In this document: in pieces, positions 33,291 to 42,710 of the stretch | How the letters are laid out: every line of letters starts with the position of its first letter | How positions within the stretch are numbered: the stretch's first letter is position 1 | NCBI GenBank assembly: GCA_041910055.1 | Contig: JAYRRP010000004.1 | Coordinates: 154,983-218,982, forward strand | Direction: 5' to 3' | DNA length: 64,000 nt | From: Candidatus Saccharimonadales bacterium | Lineage (GTDB): Bacteria > Patescibacteriota > Saccharimonadia > Saccharimonadales > JAYRRP01 | Made by a program: the position numbers and the translations under genes | Notes under the pieces: model-generated | The model's database searches: none | What the model was told of the DNA's origin: nothing | The model's input: only the letters and a program-made list of their open reading frames with translations

Positions 33291-33654
33291 AGTGCACCTC
33301 CGTAGTTATTTCTGTAATTTTCCGATTATTGATGACTTAGAATTGGTCAATATTGGCTCGCCTCTACACCTCCTTTTCTAATTGGTTAAATCTGTTCATA
33401 TATGAAAAGCCCACTGGGCTGACAAAAAGCATACGGAAAGAAAAATGCCGACTGACATGAGTACCCATACGGCAAAAAACATTAAGATTTGAAGACCTTT
33501 GAGGAAGTTGCAGGCCGCGCGATATTGCGCCACCCAAGTTGCGAACCGATAATGGTATAAACACAGATAGACCAGTTGTCATATACGGCTCTCCCTATCT
33601 TTTATTGTAACATATACTTGCGAATATGTCGTTTCTATAGAACCTATTACTCTT

Positions 33655-34296
33655 CTATTGGGAGGGCACGGCTTCCACAACCACACGCCCGTCTGCTTCG
33701 CCTTTTAGTGAACAACTGTATAAGGTTAGCTTGGCGGTTTGGCTCGGCGCCTCAATGCTTGTTTCGCCAGGCTTCACGCTGTAAGTATGGTCAACAACAT
33801 AGCTGTACCATTTATTGTTGTAAAACACCCGCAAAGTATCACCCTTCTTCAGCTTATCAAGACGATAAAAGGGAGACCTCGTTTTGGTTTGGCCGGGGCT
33901 TGTTCCGAGATAAAACCGATGCGCTGAAAGAATAAAATTACCACCCATTTCCGGGTTACCGATTTCAGGAAACCGGTGCCAGGCTCCTTGGCTTAAAATT
34001 GCCTGGTTACCGGTATAAAAGGGAACTTCCAGGTTGATCTTTGCTATTTGAATTCGGTTGCGGTGATCATTAGCATCATCAGCCCTATTTAAATCAATCG
34101 GGCTTTTTACATGCAGAGGAAATGCCGAACGGGGGCTGGCGAGCAAGAGCATGAGATAAATGCCTCCTAGTAGTAGCGCACCCCCGGCCGCTAATAAGCC
34201 GACGCGGGCAATACGATTCCTGTGTCTTGGCGTCCGGTTATAGCGATAACTTAGCCTTTTTTTTATGGGTCCGGCTCGCTGAAAAATCCTGTGCAT
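33655..34296 (-). CDS. sortase family transpeptidase
   Basis: It has an N-terminal TM anchor, a conserved His region (ILSAHRF) and a catalytic Cys in LTLYSCS (TLxTC-like). It lies immediately downstream of an LAxTG protein. Confidence 0.8.
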   Translation of the reverse strand: MHRIFQRAGPIKKRLSYRYNRTPRHRNRIARVGLLAAGGALLLGGIYLMLLLASPRSAFPLHVKSPIDLNRADDANDHRNRIQIAKINLEVPFYTGNQAILSQGAWHRFPEIGNPEMGGNFILSAHRFYLGTSPGQTKTRSPFYRLDKLKKGDTLRVFYNNKWYSYVVDHTYSVKPGETSIEAPSQTAKLTLYSCSLKGEADGRVVVEAVPSQ

Positions 34297-34299
34297 CGT

Positions 34300-36264
34300 T
34301 CAAGAGCGGTGTGATTTGGCTATAAATTTAACCTTCACAAACCACGGCTGACGCATCAGTGCTGCACCTACAAAGACCGCCCCAAGTGCTATAACCATAA
34401 GTAAAACGGTATCTGTACCCGTATTTGCCAAACGGTCAGTGGCTAGTCCTGCCGGATCGACAATTGTACCGTTAGCAGTACCGTCTTGGTCGTTGTTGCC
34501 CCCGTCAGTTAAGGTGTAGGCAGCTTTGACAGCGTGCCCAGATCCAACCGTGAAGTCGGTGAGAGTGGCACCACTGATGGTGGAGTATTGTTGTTGGTTC
34601 GTATGGTATTTACGAGCCGTAAAATCATTGGCTTTTTGGTCAGTGTGGACTATGAGTTCAACTGCCGCACTGCCGCCGTTGCTCACACCCGTGACAGTAA
34701 AGTTCACCAAACCATAGGGATAGGCCAGAGTATCTTTTTTGGGCAGAGAAGATGGGTCGACTGCTGAAACATTTTGCAGGGTGGTGCCATTGGGAGCTAC
34801 TACCGTCACATAGACTCCCGTAGTAGATGAAGGCAAACTGGTGACATTGGACTGCTGACTGTCCGGCGTGCCATCATTATTGCCATCACCGTTGTTTGGG
34901 GCAACCTGTTCAACGGTGTCCGAAATATTGTCGCCATCGGAATTACTACCACCGTTGTTACCGCCACCAGGTGAGCCACTCTCGTACTCATAGGCACCAG
35001 CGTCAATCCCAGAGCCCTGGGGCCGGGAGACACCACGTTGATCTACATTAGGGGCGCCACTGGAAACACCAGCGTCAATGGCAGGGCTGCCAGTAAGAAG
35101 CGGCAGAACCCAGTTGAAGCTATCCGCACTAGTAAGGCTATCGAGCAAGGGATCCACATTATTTTGATCAGAGGGTTCTGTGAACTGTGAGGTACAGGTA
35201 GTATCATTACTCAAATTGCCCCCAAAATCATCAATTACCATTGAGGCGTCACAGTTGGCGGCGGTATTGTTTAGTTTGTTATTTTTCAGCAGCACATTTT
35301 TCAAATTTATGGTTGTAGCATAAGCACCTGCCCAAATTCCACCACCGCCACCACCCAGTAATAGCCCAGGGCCCGTACTAATATTGTCGGCAATTGTGAT
35401 GTTTTGAAAGGTCAGCTCCTGACTTTGCTGTGTCATTACAATTCCATCCATGTCACCCGTTGAACTATTGTCTGCAATTGTGACGTTTTGTACAGTTCCC
35501 GCAGTATTTTTGGCTCCAAAGATTCCAATAAAATTGTCAACCGTGTTATTTACTATCGAGACGTTCTGTATATCCGTATTTATCAGTGGCCCATCGAAGC
35601 CAATTGAGATTCCACCGCCAAGCCCAATTCCTAGACCATTCCAATTCTGCGCTCCTTTAATAAGTATATTTTTAATTGTCGCAGTATAGGAGTTGGCGAG
35701 AATTGCGGCGCCATCGTATATACCATAACCAATGTTTTGATCCAAGATGAGGTTCTCTATATCTATATTTGCATCAACTCCCGCAACCGCGCCCGTCCAA
35801 AAAGAAGAATAAGGAGCCGTTTTTTTAATAGTAAAGTTCTTGATAGTTACGAGAGTAGTGGCACTGTTTGGACCATAAGTAAATGCTGCATAACTATTAT
35901 CACCATCAATAATTGTATTGGTCGCGCTTGCACCAATAATACTCAAGTCACTCGCCTGCGTAATAAAAGGTAAGTTCGAAGTCAACGTATAGGTGCCATT
36001 CGGAACATTTATAGTGTCAGCTCCCGCCAACATATCAGCTTCTTCGATGGCGGCTCGCAAACTGCAATCTCCGCCACCGTCTGCACATGCCCCATCTCCG
36101 GCACTTGCATCAGAGGTATCACTAGTGGTGTTGACGTTAAACGTAGCCGCAAAAACATGAGTTCGTTTGCCTAGATTGATACAAACAAAGCTAGCTATGA
36201 CTAATAGAAGTGCTGCTAATAATTTATTGTATTTTGTATGCGTTGTATTTGTGTCTTTATACAT
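34300..36264 (-). CDS. cell-wall-anchored surface protein: CSLREA-type / right-handed beta-helix repeats, C-terminal LANTG sorting signal
   Basis: It has a signal peptide and GDCSLRAAIEEA (CSLREA-like). The repeat region is Asn/Gly/Ile-rich. LANTG (34417-34431) is followed by a hydrophobic stretch and a basic tail. Confidence 0.8.
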   Translation of the reverse strand: MYKDTNTTHTKYNKLLAALLLVIASFVCINLGKRTHVFAATFNVNTTSDTSDASAGDGACADGGGDCSLRAAIEEADMLAGADTINVPNGTYTLTSNLPFITQASDLSIIGASATNTIIDGDNSYAAFTYGPNSATTLVTIKNFTIKKTAPYSSFWTGAVAGVDANIDIENLILDQNIGYGIYDGAAILANSYTATIKNILIKGAQNWNGLGIGLGGGISIGFDGPLINTDIQNVSIVNNTVDNFIGIFGAKNTAGTVQNVTIADNSSTGDMDGIVMTQQSQELTFQNITIADNISTGPGLLLGGGGGGIWAGAYATTINLKNVLLKNNKLNNTAANCDASMVIDDFGGNLSNDTTCTSQFTEPSDQNNVDPLLDSLTSADSFNWVLPLLTGSPAIDAGVSSGAPNVDQRGVSRPQGSGIDAGAYEYESGSPGGGNNGGSNSDGDNISDTVEQVAPNNGDGNNDGTPDSQQSNVTSLPSSTTGVYVTVVAPNGTTLQNVSAVDPSSLPKKDTLAYPYGLVNFTVTGVSNGGSAAVELIVHTDQKANDFTARKYHTNQQQYSTISGATLTDFTVGSGHAVKAAYTLTDGGNNDQDGTANGTIVDPAGLATDRLANTGTDTVLLMVIALGAVFVGAALMRQPWFVKVKFIAKSHRS

Positions 36265-36387
36265 AAGTTTAGAGCTTATTTACATCAAGTAACCAATAGC
36301 AATAATTACACCTTAAGCATACTTCAGTTTGAGGTAAAATCCCATCTCATTCATGTAAATAGGGTCGCGAAAGTGTGTATAAGTAAG

Positions 36388-38091
36388 CTAGGTTGCCAGG
36401 GGCAATTCAATGACAAAAACTGAGCCCTTGTCAGGAACTGACTCGCGCAAGTATAACTTTGCTCCCATTTTATCTGCTAAAAGGCGAGCGAGGTAGAGAC
36501 TCAAGCCAATACTTTGGCCAGTCTCCCGCGTGAGAATATCCTGGCTGGTTTGGTTAAACTTATTGAAGAGCTCTTTTTGTAACTCCTCGGGAATACCTTT
36601 ACCGGTATCACGTACGATGGCTTCTATATGATCCTGGTAATGACGGGCAGCAATCTCCACACTGCCGTGTTCAGTATTGCGTACCGCGTTATCTACAAGA
36701 CTCCCCAGAATTTGCTGAAAGTGTTCAGTATCTGTTAATGCAAAGAGCGATTGGGTATCAGGATGGAGCAAAAGTTGGATACCTTTGTCTTTCGCGGCCT
36801 TCGCGTACTGGTCCAGCACTGCTTGGCATGCTGCCACTACATCGGCTGGTTTTTGGTGGAATTCCACTTGCCCTAATTCAAGTGAAGATACTTGTAGTAG
36901 CTGGTTGACAATATAAATCAACCGCTTCGTAGAATCATACGCATTATTAATCATATGGTTAAGCTCAACATTTTTAAATTGGTCTAGGAAATGGTCTTTC
37001 ACCATCGAGATATTTCCTTCGACAATAGTGAGAGGTGTTCTTAGTTCATGACTGGCAACCAAAAAGAACTCGTCACGAGAACGGGCAATCTGACGTTTTT
37101 CGGTTACATCTTGTAGCAAAATAATGGCCCCGATAACCTCTTGGTCTTTGCTAACAATTATGGGGGCCACGGTAATCTGCAAAAATAAGCCGCGGTACTT
37201 CGCTTCTTCGACATTGATACGGCTTCTGGTATCAATAGCTCTTTTAATGGATTCCTCTAGTTTTATTTCATTGCGGAGTACATCCGAATAGCTCACATTA
37301 TCTCCGAGTATACGTTTCGCTTCAGTATTTATGCTGGCGATGAAAAGCTTTTCGTCAGTCAGAATAAAACCGATGGGGAGACTGCTCACCGAAGCGTCTA
37401 ACCGCGCGTGCTCTTTTATGAATGATCGCGTGCGCTCTACAACTTGTTTTTCAACGTCTGATTTCGCCACTGCCAGCTCCTGGTTAGCCTGATTCAGCTT
37501 CTCGTTCTTTTCTGCCAGTTCACGTTTGGCATTTGCATTGATAACCTCAGCTTGGCGGTTAATTTCTTGGTAGAAAAACACCACAATTGAAATAGCCACA
37601 ATCGCATAGACCGCGTGTTGGTACATAACCGCGTTATATCGTTTGTCAGCATGCCCACTGAAAAACAAAACGCTAATCGTAACGATTAATAAGCAGGCCC
37701 ACACAATGCTGACTTTCCAATCTTCTAAAAAGAATAACAGAGGAGGGAATATAAGTAACCACAATATGCCGGCACCATCACCGCCTGCAGTCATAAATAA
37801 CATGACAGACAACATAAAGATAGCCAGAAGGATAATATTGGTAGCCAGACGGGGTCTGTGCAATATGCGTAGACTTAGTCCAGCCATCATAAATAATAGA
37901 CAAGCAGTGAGCTCTACGCTGCCAACGAGCAGGAAGTGACCTATATCATTGAGGCCAAATGGCAAGCAAACAACAATACCAATCAATACAACGATATTGA
38001 TAAATTGAAGCTTTCGAAGTTGGCCGATGGTAGGTTGCGCCGGTAAACCGCCGCGCACATACGCGCGCCACAACGCTAAAAGCTTATGCAT
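36388..38091 (-). CDS. membrane sensor histidine kinase (multi-TM N-terminus, PAS-like, HisKA, HATPase_c)
   Basis: It has an H-box (FLVASHELRTPLT), an N-box (LVDNAVRNT) and G-boxes (DTGKGIP, GLSLYLAR). The start is uncertain: 38091 (MHKLLALW) or 38163. No response regulator is adjacent. Confidence 0.85.
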   Translation of the reverse strand: MHKLLALWRAYVRGGLPAQPTIGQLRKLQFINIVVLIGIVVCLPFGLNDIGHFLLVGSVELTACLLFMMAGLSLRILHRPRLATNIILLAIFMLSVMLFMTAGGDGAGILWLLIFPPLLFFLEDWKVSIVWACLLIVTISVLFFSGHADKRYNAVMYQHAVYAIVAISIVVFFYQEINRQAEVINANAKRELAEKNEKLNQANQELAVAKSDVEKQVVERTRSFIKEHARLDASVSSLPIGFILTDEKLFIASINTEAKRILGDNVSYSDVLRNEIKLEESIKRAIDTRSRINVEEAKYRGLFLQITVAPIIVSKDQEVIGAIILLQDVTEKRQIARSRDEFFLVASHELRTPLTIVEGNISMVKDHFLDQFKNVELNHMINNAYDSTKRLIYIVNQLLQVSSLELGQVEFHQKPADVVAACQAVLDQYAKAAKDKGIQLLLHPDTQSLFALTDTEHFQQILGSLVDNAVRNTEHGSVEIAARHYQDHIEAIVRDTGKGIPEELQKELFNKFNQTSQDILTRETGQSIGLSLYLARLLADKMGAKLYLRESVPDKGSVFVIELPLAT

Positions 38092-38190
38092 ACTGGTATG
38101 GTAACAGATGCACTCTTTGTAGTGAAAACCAATTGACACTTTGCGTTTATTTTGTTGACACATATTATAAAATAGTTGTAGAGGAAGATA

Positions 38191-39012
38191 ATGTCCCAGT
38201 TTGGACCAAAAGAGGCATATAGTGTGCCTGAGCCATTAGATAGTTATTCCGCGTTTGAAGTTGCGACTGAAATGCCGCCTTTACCGCTAGATGTATGGCG
38301 AGAGGTAATATCCCACGAAAAATGTTTTCGTGATAATGCCACAAGCAATCACATGATGGCTTACGACGGTCCGGGCCGTCTGGGATTGGAGCTCACTATC
38401 TATCCCCACAGCTCGCCGCATGCCATGGAAAACACTTATCACTACGACGACGAAGGCCAATTAGCACATATTGGGCACTTTGTGGAAAGAGCGGTAGGCA
38501 AATACCATCCAAGGGATTACCAACAGCGCCTGCATTATGACGAGAGCTCTTCACATAATTTGTTATTGGTTGAAACTCTGGTGGATTTACCAGAGCAGGA
38601 AAAGCAACAGTTACTTAGCACTAGATCGCTGCATTACGATGATGCTGACCGTCTTATTGGTGAAAAATTGATAACCAGAGGTAAGGTCAGTTATTACGCG
38701 AATTATCAATACGACGATAAGGACAGATTACAATCAACTAAAAATCCACAAGAAATCACACTTTACAACTATGATCAAGGTGGTAAGTTGCTTTCCTCCG
38801 AAACATTCCCCTCACAGAGAATTAAAGCGTATCACTACGATCGGCGCTCCCGCCTTGTAGGAACAGATACCCATTATGGGCGAGGACCAATAATTGAGAC
38901 AGAGACCTACCGCTACGATCGCCACGGACGAATAAAGAAGCGGGAATACACTGAGTATTTCCCCTCAGGCGGCAAAAAAGTAGTCTATAAAGATAAACTA
39001 CATTATCGCTAG
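38191..39012 (+). CDS. YD/RHS-repeat protein, small (273 aa), no signal peptide
   Basis: YD-type repeats recur through the protein (YHYDDEGQL, LHYDDADRL, YQYDDKDRL, YNYDQGGKL, YHYDRRSRL, YRYDRHGRI). Confidence 0.7.
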   Translation: MSQFGPKEAYSVPEPLDSYSAFEVATEMPPLPLDVWREVISHEKCFRDNATSNHMMAYDGPGRLGLELTIYPHSSPHAMENTYHYDDEGQLAHIGHFVERAVGKYHPRDYQQRLHYDESSSHNLLLVETLVDLPEQEKQQLLSTRSLHYDDADRLIGEKLITRGKVSYYANYQYDDKDRLQSTKNPQEITLYNYDQGGKLLSSETFPSQRIKAYHYDRRSRLVGTDTHYGRGPIIETETYRYDRHGRIKKREYTEYFPSGGKKVVYKDKLHYR

Positions 39013-39014
39013 AT

Positions 39015-41114
39015 CTACTTCAGCCAACAGATTAAGAAACAGTTGAGGGTAGCTGACTTTTCAGCCGGTGTGGAGGATAAACTCGTCCCGTCTTTGCCGA
39101 CAGAATAAACTTGCACCTGATAATTTGCACCACTTGTTAGGTTGTAGATCTTATATGAATTGGCACTCGCACTAAGGGTTGCAGATTCTTTTGGTGCACC
39201 CCAGGCCGAAACTTGAACCTTATAACCACCAACGTTGCTGTTGTCAGATGGTGTAGCCCAGGTAGTATTCATGTAATTTTGAAACCGGCCCCAATCCCAG
39301 CTAAGTGACAAGGCTAGACTTGTGGGCGGAGCGACATTGACAATCGGATTGCTCACTGTAACGGTCACAGGTGGTATTACTGTAATTGCGCCTTTATCAT
39401 CATAAGCTTTTGCGCTTAAGTTGTAAGTGCCGGCTGGCACCGCTTGCCAGGTGAATGAATAAGGAGCACTTGTTGCTTCACCCAGCTTGGTCACATCGTT
39501 ATAAAACTCGACTTTTGTAACGCTGCCGTCGCTATCGCTGGCTGTAGCCTCAAATGTAATTGACGCTGGAGCAGTGTAAGTGGCACCGCCACTTGGACTT
39601 TTCAACGATAGGGTCGGTGGCTGGTTCGGACTGGGCTTTGTCACATTTACTGAAGTCGAAGTGCTAACTTTACCAGAAGCATCATAAGCTTTCGCATAAA
39701 GACTGTGGTTTCCTGCGCTAATCGATGCAGTAGACCACGAGTGATTATAGGGCGCTGACGTATCTGTTGCTAGTAAAGCATTATCGGCATAAATCTCTAC
39801 TTTTGTCACTCCAATATCGTCACTGGCTGATACGTCTATGGAGGTAGGATCCGTGACATTGGTAGCGTTTTTAGGACTGGCAATACTCACCTGCGGGGCA
39901 GAATTATCAGTGGGGGCTGAGACACAGTTTTTGTTATAGAAGCTCGAAATACCTGCTTGAAGATTCGTGTGGTTTGCCGGATTTGTCGATTCGTAACCAA
40001 AACTTTCGGTATAGACCTCTAGATATGTACCGTATAACTGGGCATTGTCCAGATTATCATAGAGTTGTGTCCAGAGGTTACTGTATTTGTCCAGCTGGTC
40101 ATACATTTGCATTCCACGATATGCTTCACGGGTTGTCGGAGTTGACGCATTGCTATTGAGGCCACTGTAAACCCCGTAACCATTACCCTGGATGAACATA
40201 CGGCCACTGTAATTAGCCCAGAGCGGATGCGCCGTTGCATCTACCAAGTAACCGATTACTTCATTTGTTGCTGCCGGACCATCACCTTTATTGTTCCACC
40301 CCGAAGCAGGGAATTCGACTGATATATCGGGGTAGTCCTTAACTTTATTGTAGACAATATCAGTCAAACGTTTGTGGCCCTCAACCCATTTATCCTTACT
40401 AAAGTTCGGTTCGTTCCAAAGCTCCGGGTGGTAATTAATCTCGGCCCAGTCGCGTCCGTACCAAGGCATGTGAACTAACTTGATGTTGTTAGCCGCCGCG
40501 TAGTTGATGATGTTATCTACTAACTTGGTGTACTCGCGTTCAAAACCAGTATTCGGTGCAAAGGTGGCACTGTTTGGGTTATATGGCAGTGGTACCTGTG
40601 CACCATCAGCTTGATCGCCATTGTCTGTATTATTATCCTTGTCCTCACGGTACCAATACATATCTGGCTGTGTGAACAGCCGAGTAGGTGATTTGCTGCC
40701 GGCAATAACCCGAATACTATAAGATTGGCCAGGATATCCCGCTACGATATTTTTGCCAGCATCCAAAACAGCTGAGTTGAGCGCGCCGTTATTGTCGACT
40801 GTTTTCCAATTAGTACGCAAGCTAAGACCACGCATATCCTGATAATCAAGACCATGCTTAATATTATTGGTAAGAGTCGCTGATGGCGTGCCATCAACCT
40901 GCTGAAGCAGCCAGGTACCACAAAAACGACTTGCCAGGGCATTCTTGGGCAATCCAGTTGTCGCCGCGAAGCTTCTGATAATCAAGTAACCAGCAGCGGC
41001 AAAGAGAATACACACAACTGCTAATTTACCCCACTTAAAGCGCGGAGAACCCTTAAATTTACTAAATGGCCCCTTTTTAGAGGGAAGTTTTCTAGTTTGT
41101 TTTTTTGCAGGCAT
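39015..41114 (-). CDS. secreted/membrane-anchored protein: GH5-like N-terminal domain, two Ig-like domains, C-terminal FN3-like domain
   Basis: It has an N-terminal TM helix and a WNEPNF motif. Two ~90-aa repeats are present (SASDDIGVTKVEIYADN... / ATASDSDGSVTKVEFYNDV...). The C-terminal beta-rich module resembles FN3. Confidence 0.6.
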   Translation of the reverse strand: MPAKKQTRKLPSKKGPFSKFKGSPRFKWGKLAVVCILFAAAGYLIIRSFAATTGLPKNALASRFCGTWLLQQVDGTPSATLTNNIKHGLDYQDMRGLSLRTNWKTVDNNGALNSAVLDAGKNIVAGYPGQSYSIRVIAGSKSPTRLFTQPDMYWYREDKDNNTDNGDQADGAQVPLPYNPNSATFAPNTGFEREYTKLVDNIINYAAANNIKLVHMPWYGRDWAEINYHPELWNEPNFSKDKWVEGHKRLTDIVYNKVKDYPDISVEFPASGWNNKGDGPAATNEVIGYLVDATAHPLWANYSGRMFIQGNGYGVYSGLNSNASTPTTREAYRGMQMYDQLDKYSNLWTQLYDNLDNAQLYGTYLEVYTESFGYESTNPANHTNLQAGISSFYNKNCVSAPTDNSAPQVSIASPKNATNVTDPTSIDVSASDDIGVTKVEIYADNALLATDTSAPYNHSWSTASISAGNHSLYAKAYDASGKVSTSTSVNVTKPSPNQPPTLSLKSPSGGATYTAPASITFEATASDSDGSVTKVEFYNDVTKLGEATSAPYSFTWQAVPAGTYNLSAKAYDDKGAITVIPPVTVTVSNPIVNVAPPTSLALSLSWDWGRFQNYMNTTWATPSDNSNVGGYKVQVSAWGAPKESATLSASANSYKIYNLTSGANYQVQVYSVGKDGTSLSSTPAEKSATLNCFLICWLK

Positions 41115-41332
41115 AGTTTTTACTTTTAAATTACTTCTAATTCAAGATTAGCATAAGTGTGTTGCTTTGCAACCTTATTGTGGCTGTAGTTAGCGGCAAG
41201 ATGGAGGGGATATCGGCTCACACCTCCTCCACTCAAGTGTTCTCGAAATAAATTCCTGCGAGCATTTTCGCTCCGCCGAACCCCTTTTGCTCCGCAAAAG
41301 ACTGGGTTCTCATGTCCTATATAACCAATTTG

Positions 41333-41356
41333 AAAACCCGCTTTAAAAGCGGGCAT
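41333..41356 (-). terminator. rho-independent terminator downstream of tRNA-Ser
   Basis: The minus strand reads GCCCGCttttaaaGCGGGTTTTC. Confidence 0.7.
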
Positions 41357-41362
41357 TCAAAT

Positions 41363-41455
41363 TGGCGGAGAGGGAGGGATTCGAACCCTCGCGGGAGATT
41401 GCTCCCCCCTAACGATTTAGCAAACCGTCCCCTTCAGCCACTTGGGTACCTCTCC
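41363..41455 (-). tRNA. tRNA-Ser (anticodon GCU), class II with long variable arm, CCA encoded
   Basis: The minus strand reads GGAGAGGTACCCAAGTGGCTGAAGGGGACGGTTTGCTAAATCGTTAGGGGGGAGCAATCTCCCGCGAGGGTTCGAATCCCTCCCTCTCCGCCA. The acceptor GGAGAGG pairs with CCTCTCC, the anticodon loop is TTGCTAA, and the T-loop is TTCGAAT. Confidence 0.92.
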
Positions 41456-41573
41456 TTATATTTAGGTCACGGTCACAAGCATTGTGCCATTATTCATCAA
41501 AAATTTCCACACGATACAGAAATGTGTAGATAATATTGTGCCGAGAAAAGGGAAGTTAAGGTAGTATAAACTT

Positions 41574-41885
41574 ATGTCTACGCAACAGATTGCCGGCGGT
41601 ACTGTGCATACGATGCCAGCAGATTTAAAGAAGGCCCTGCTATCTGTGCCAGCAGCAAAAGGGGCATGGGATAGCCTAACGCCACTCGCGCGCAACGAGT
41701 GGATTTGCTGGAACATTACCGTCAAACAATCTGAAACAAGAAAAAATCACATCAAGCGAACTACTAAAGAGCTGCAAGAAGGGAAGCGCCGGCCTTGTTG
41801 CTGGATAGGGTGCATCCACCGCACAGACAAGCCGATAAGTCCCTCAGTGCAATGGGTACTTAGTAAACAATCTAAGTCCAGGTAA
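41574..41885 (+). CDS. YdeI/OmpD-associated family protein
   Basis: MPADLKKAL...AWDSLTPLARNEWICWI-type motif and EGKRRPCCW are typical of the YdeI family. Confidence 0.7.
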   Translation: MSTQQIAGGTVHTMPADLKKALLSVPAAKGAWDSLTPLARNEWICWNITVKQSETRKNHIKRTTKELQEGKRRPCCWIGCIHRTDKPISPSVQWVLSKQSKSR

Positions 41886-42038
41886 GAAGGACAGCTTGGA
41901 CGACAAAGAATCGATTCTTAACCAAAAAGTCTCTCAACATACCTCGGCTCTTATAAAAACTTGCCCTCGCCAGTAGTTAGAAATTTTATACCTGATATTA
42001 TAACGTGTGGTATCTGTTTTGCATGCTAAACTAAGCTC

Positions 42039-42674
42039 ATGATTCAAATAACTGCAAATGACGCTAACAAGGCTTGGGCCTTGACACTTCAGGCACTGCT
42101 AGAGAATGGTTCAGATACGGGTAACGAGAAGTATTCCAGAGACGAGACTACATTAATTGAAATTTTAGATCCGAAAGTCATTGAAGCCGATACGCGATTC
42201 CCTATGAGTCAAGCCGATTTAGATGTGATAAACAAGTATATCTATTCAGGAGAGGACGAGGAGGCTGTTGTCCATGATTGGACAAAACTCTATTATCACC
42301 GCGCATTTGATAACCCAAATTCACAAATAGAATTCCTCATAAATAAATTAAGTGAGGAGTGGCCCGCTGGAGAAGCTCAAATTTCCATGTGGGATAAGAA
42401 CATCGATCAAAAAAAGAAAACAGCCCCCTGTACTCAAATTATCTGGGCTAGAATTAAACATGGTAAGCTGGAACTCCATGTGCATACTAACTCATCAGAT
42501 GCTTACAAAAAGCTATTAATGAACATACTGGAGTTTATCTCGCTACAGCATTATATTGCCAGCAGAGCTAAAGTTCGTGTTGGTAAATATTATCATTTCC
42601 TTGATTCATGTCATTTACATACTGCAGATAAAAGTAAAGTCGACGAACTTTACCAGCAATTAAGAGACAAGTAA
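42039..42674 (+). CDS. minimal thymidylate-synthase-fold protein (211 aa)
   Basis: NSQIEFLINKL...ISMWD...TAPCTQIIWARIKHGKLELHVHTNSSDAYKKLLMNILEF...DSCHLH aligns by eye with ThyA DQI...SAWN...[39 protein letters not shown]...GDTHLY. The catalytic Cys and the Asn are retained. Confidence 0.65.
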   Translation: MIQITANDANKAWALTLQALLENGSDTGNEKYSRDETTLIEILDPKVIEADTRFPMSQADLDVINKYIYSGEDEEAVVHDWTKLYYHRAFDNPNSQIEFLINKLSEEWPAGEAQISMWDKNIDQKKKTAPCTQIIWARIKHGKLELHVHTNSSDAYKKLLMNILEFISLQHYIASRAKVRVGKYYHFLDSCHLHTADKSKVDELYQQLRDK

Positions 42675-42710
42675 TTTGCGTTAAAGCACGAAAAATGATA
42701 TAAATTACCT

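Noticed and set aside
33576-33935. 119-aa plus-strand ORF, plus 33364..33582 on the minus strand
   Set aside because: The first is largely antisense to the sortase gene. The second has no SD and an implausible composition. The region is treated as non-coding.
41115-41362. Possible ncRNA between the 699-aa gene and tRNA-Ser
   Set aside because: The region is adequately explained by the tRNA terminator hairpin plus a promoter and 5' UTR (TTGCAA...TAATCT) for the 699-aa gene. No conserved RNA motif was recognised.
41126-41725. ORFs 41126..41356, 41312..41533 and 41462..41725
   Set aside because: They overlap tRNA-Ser, its terminator and the promoter regions. The tRNA and hairpin explain the sequence better.
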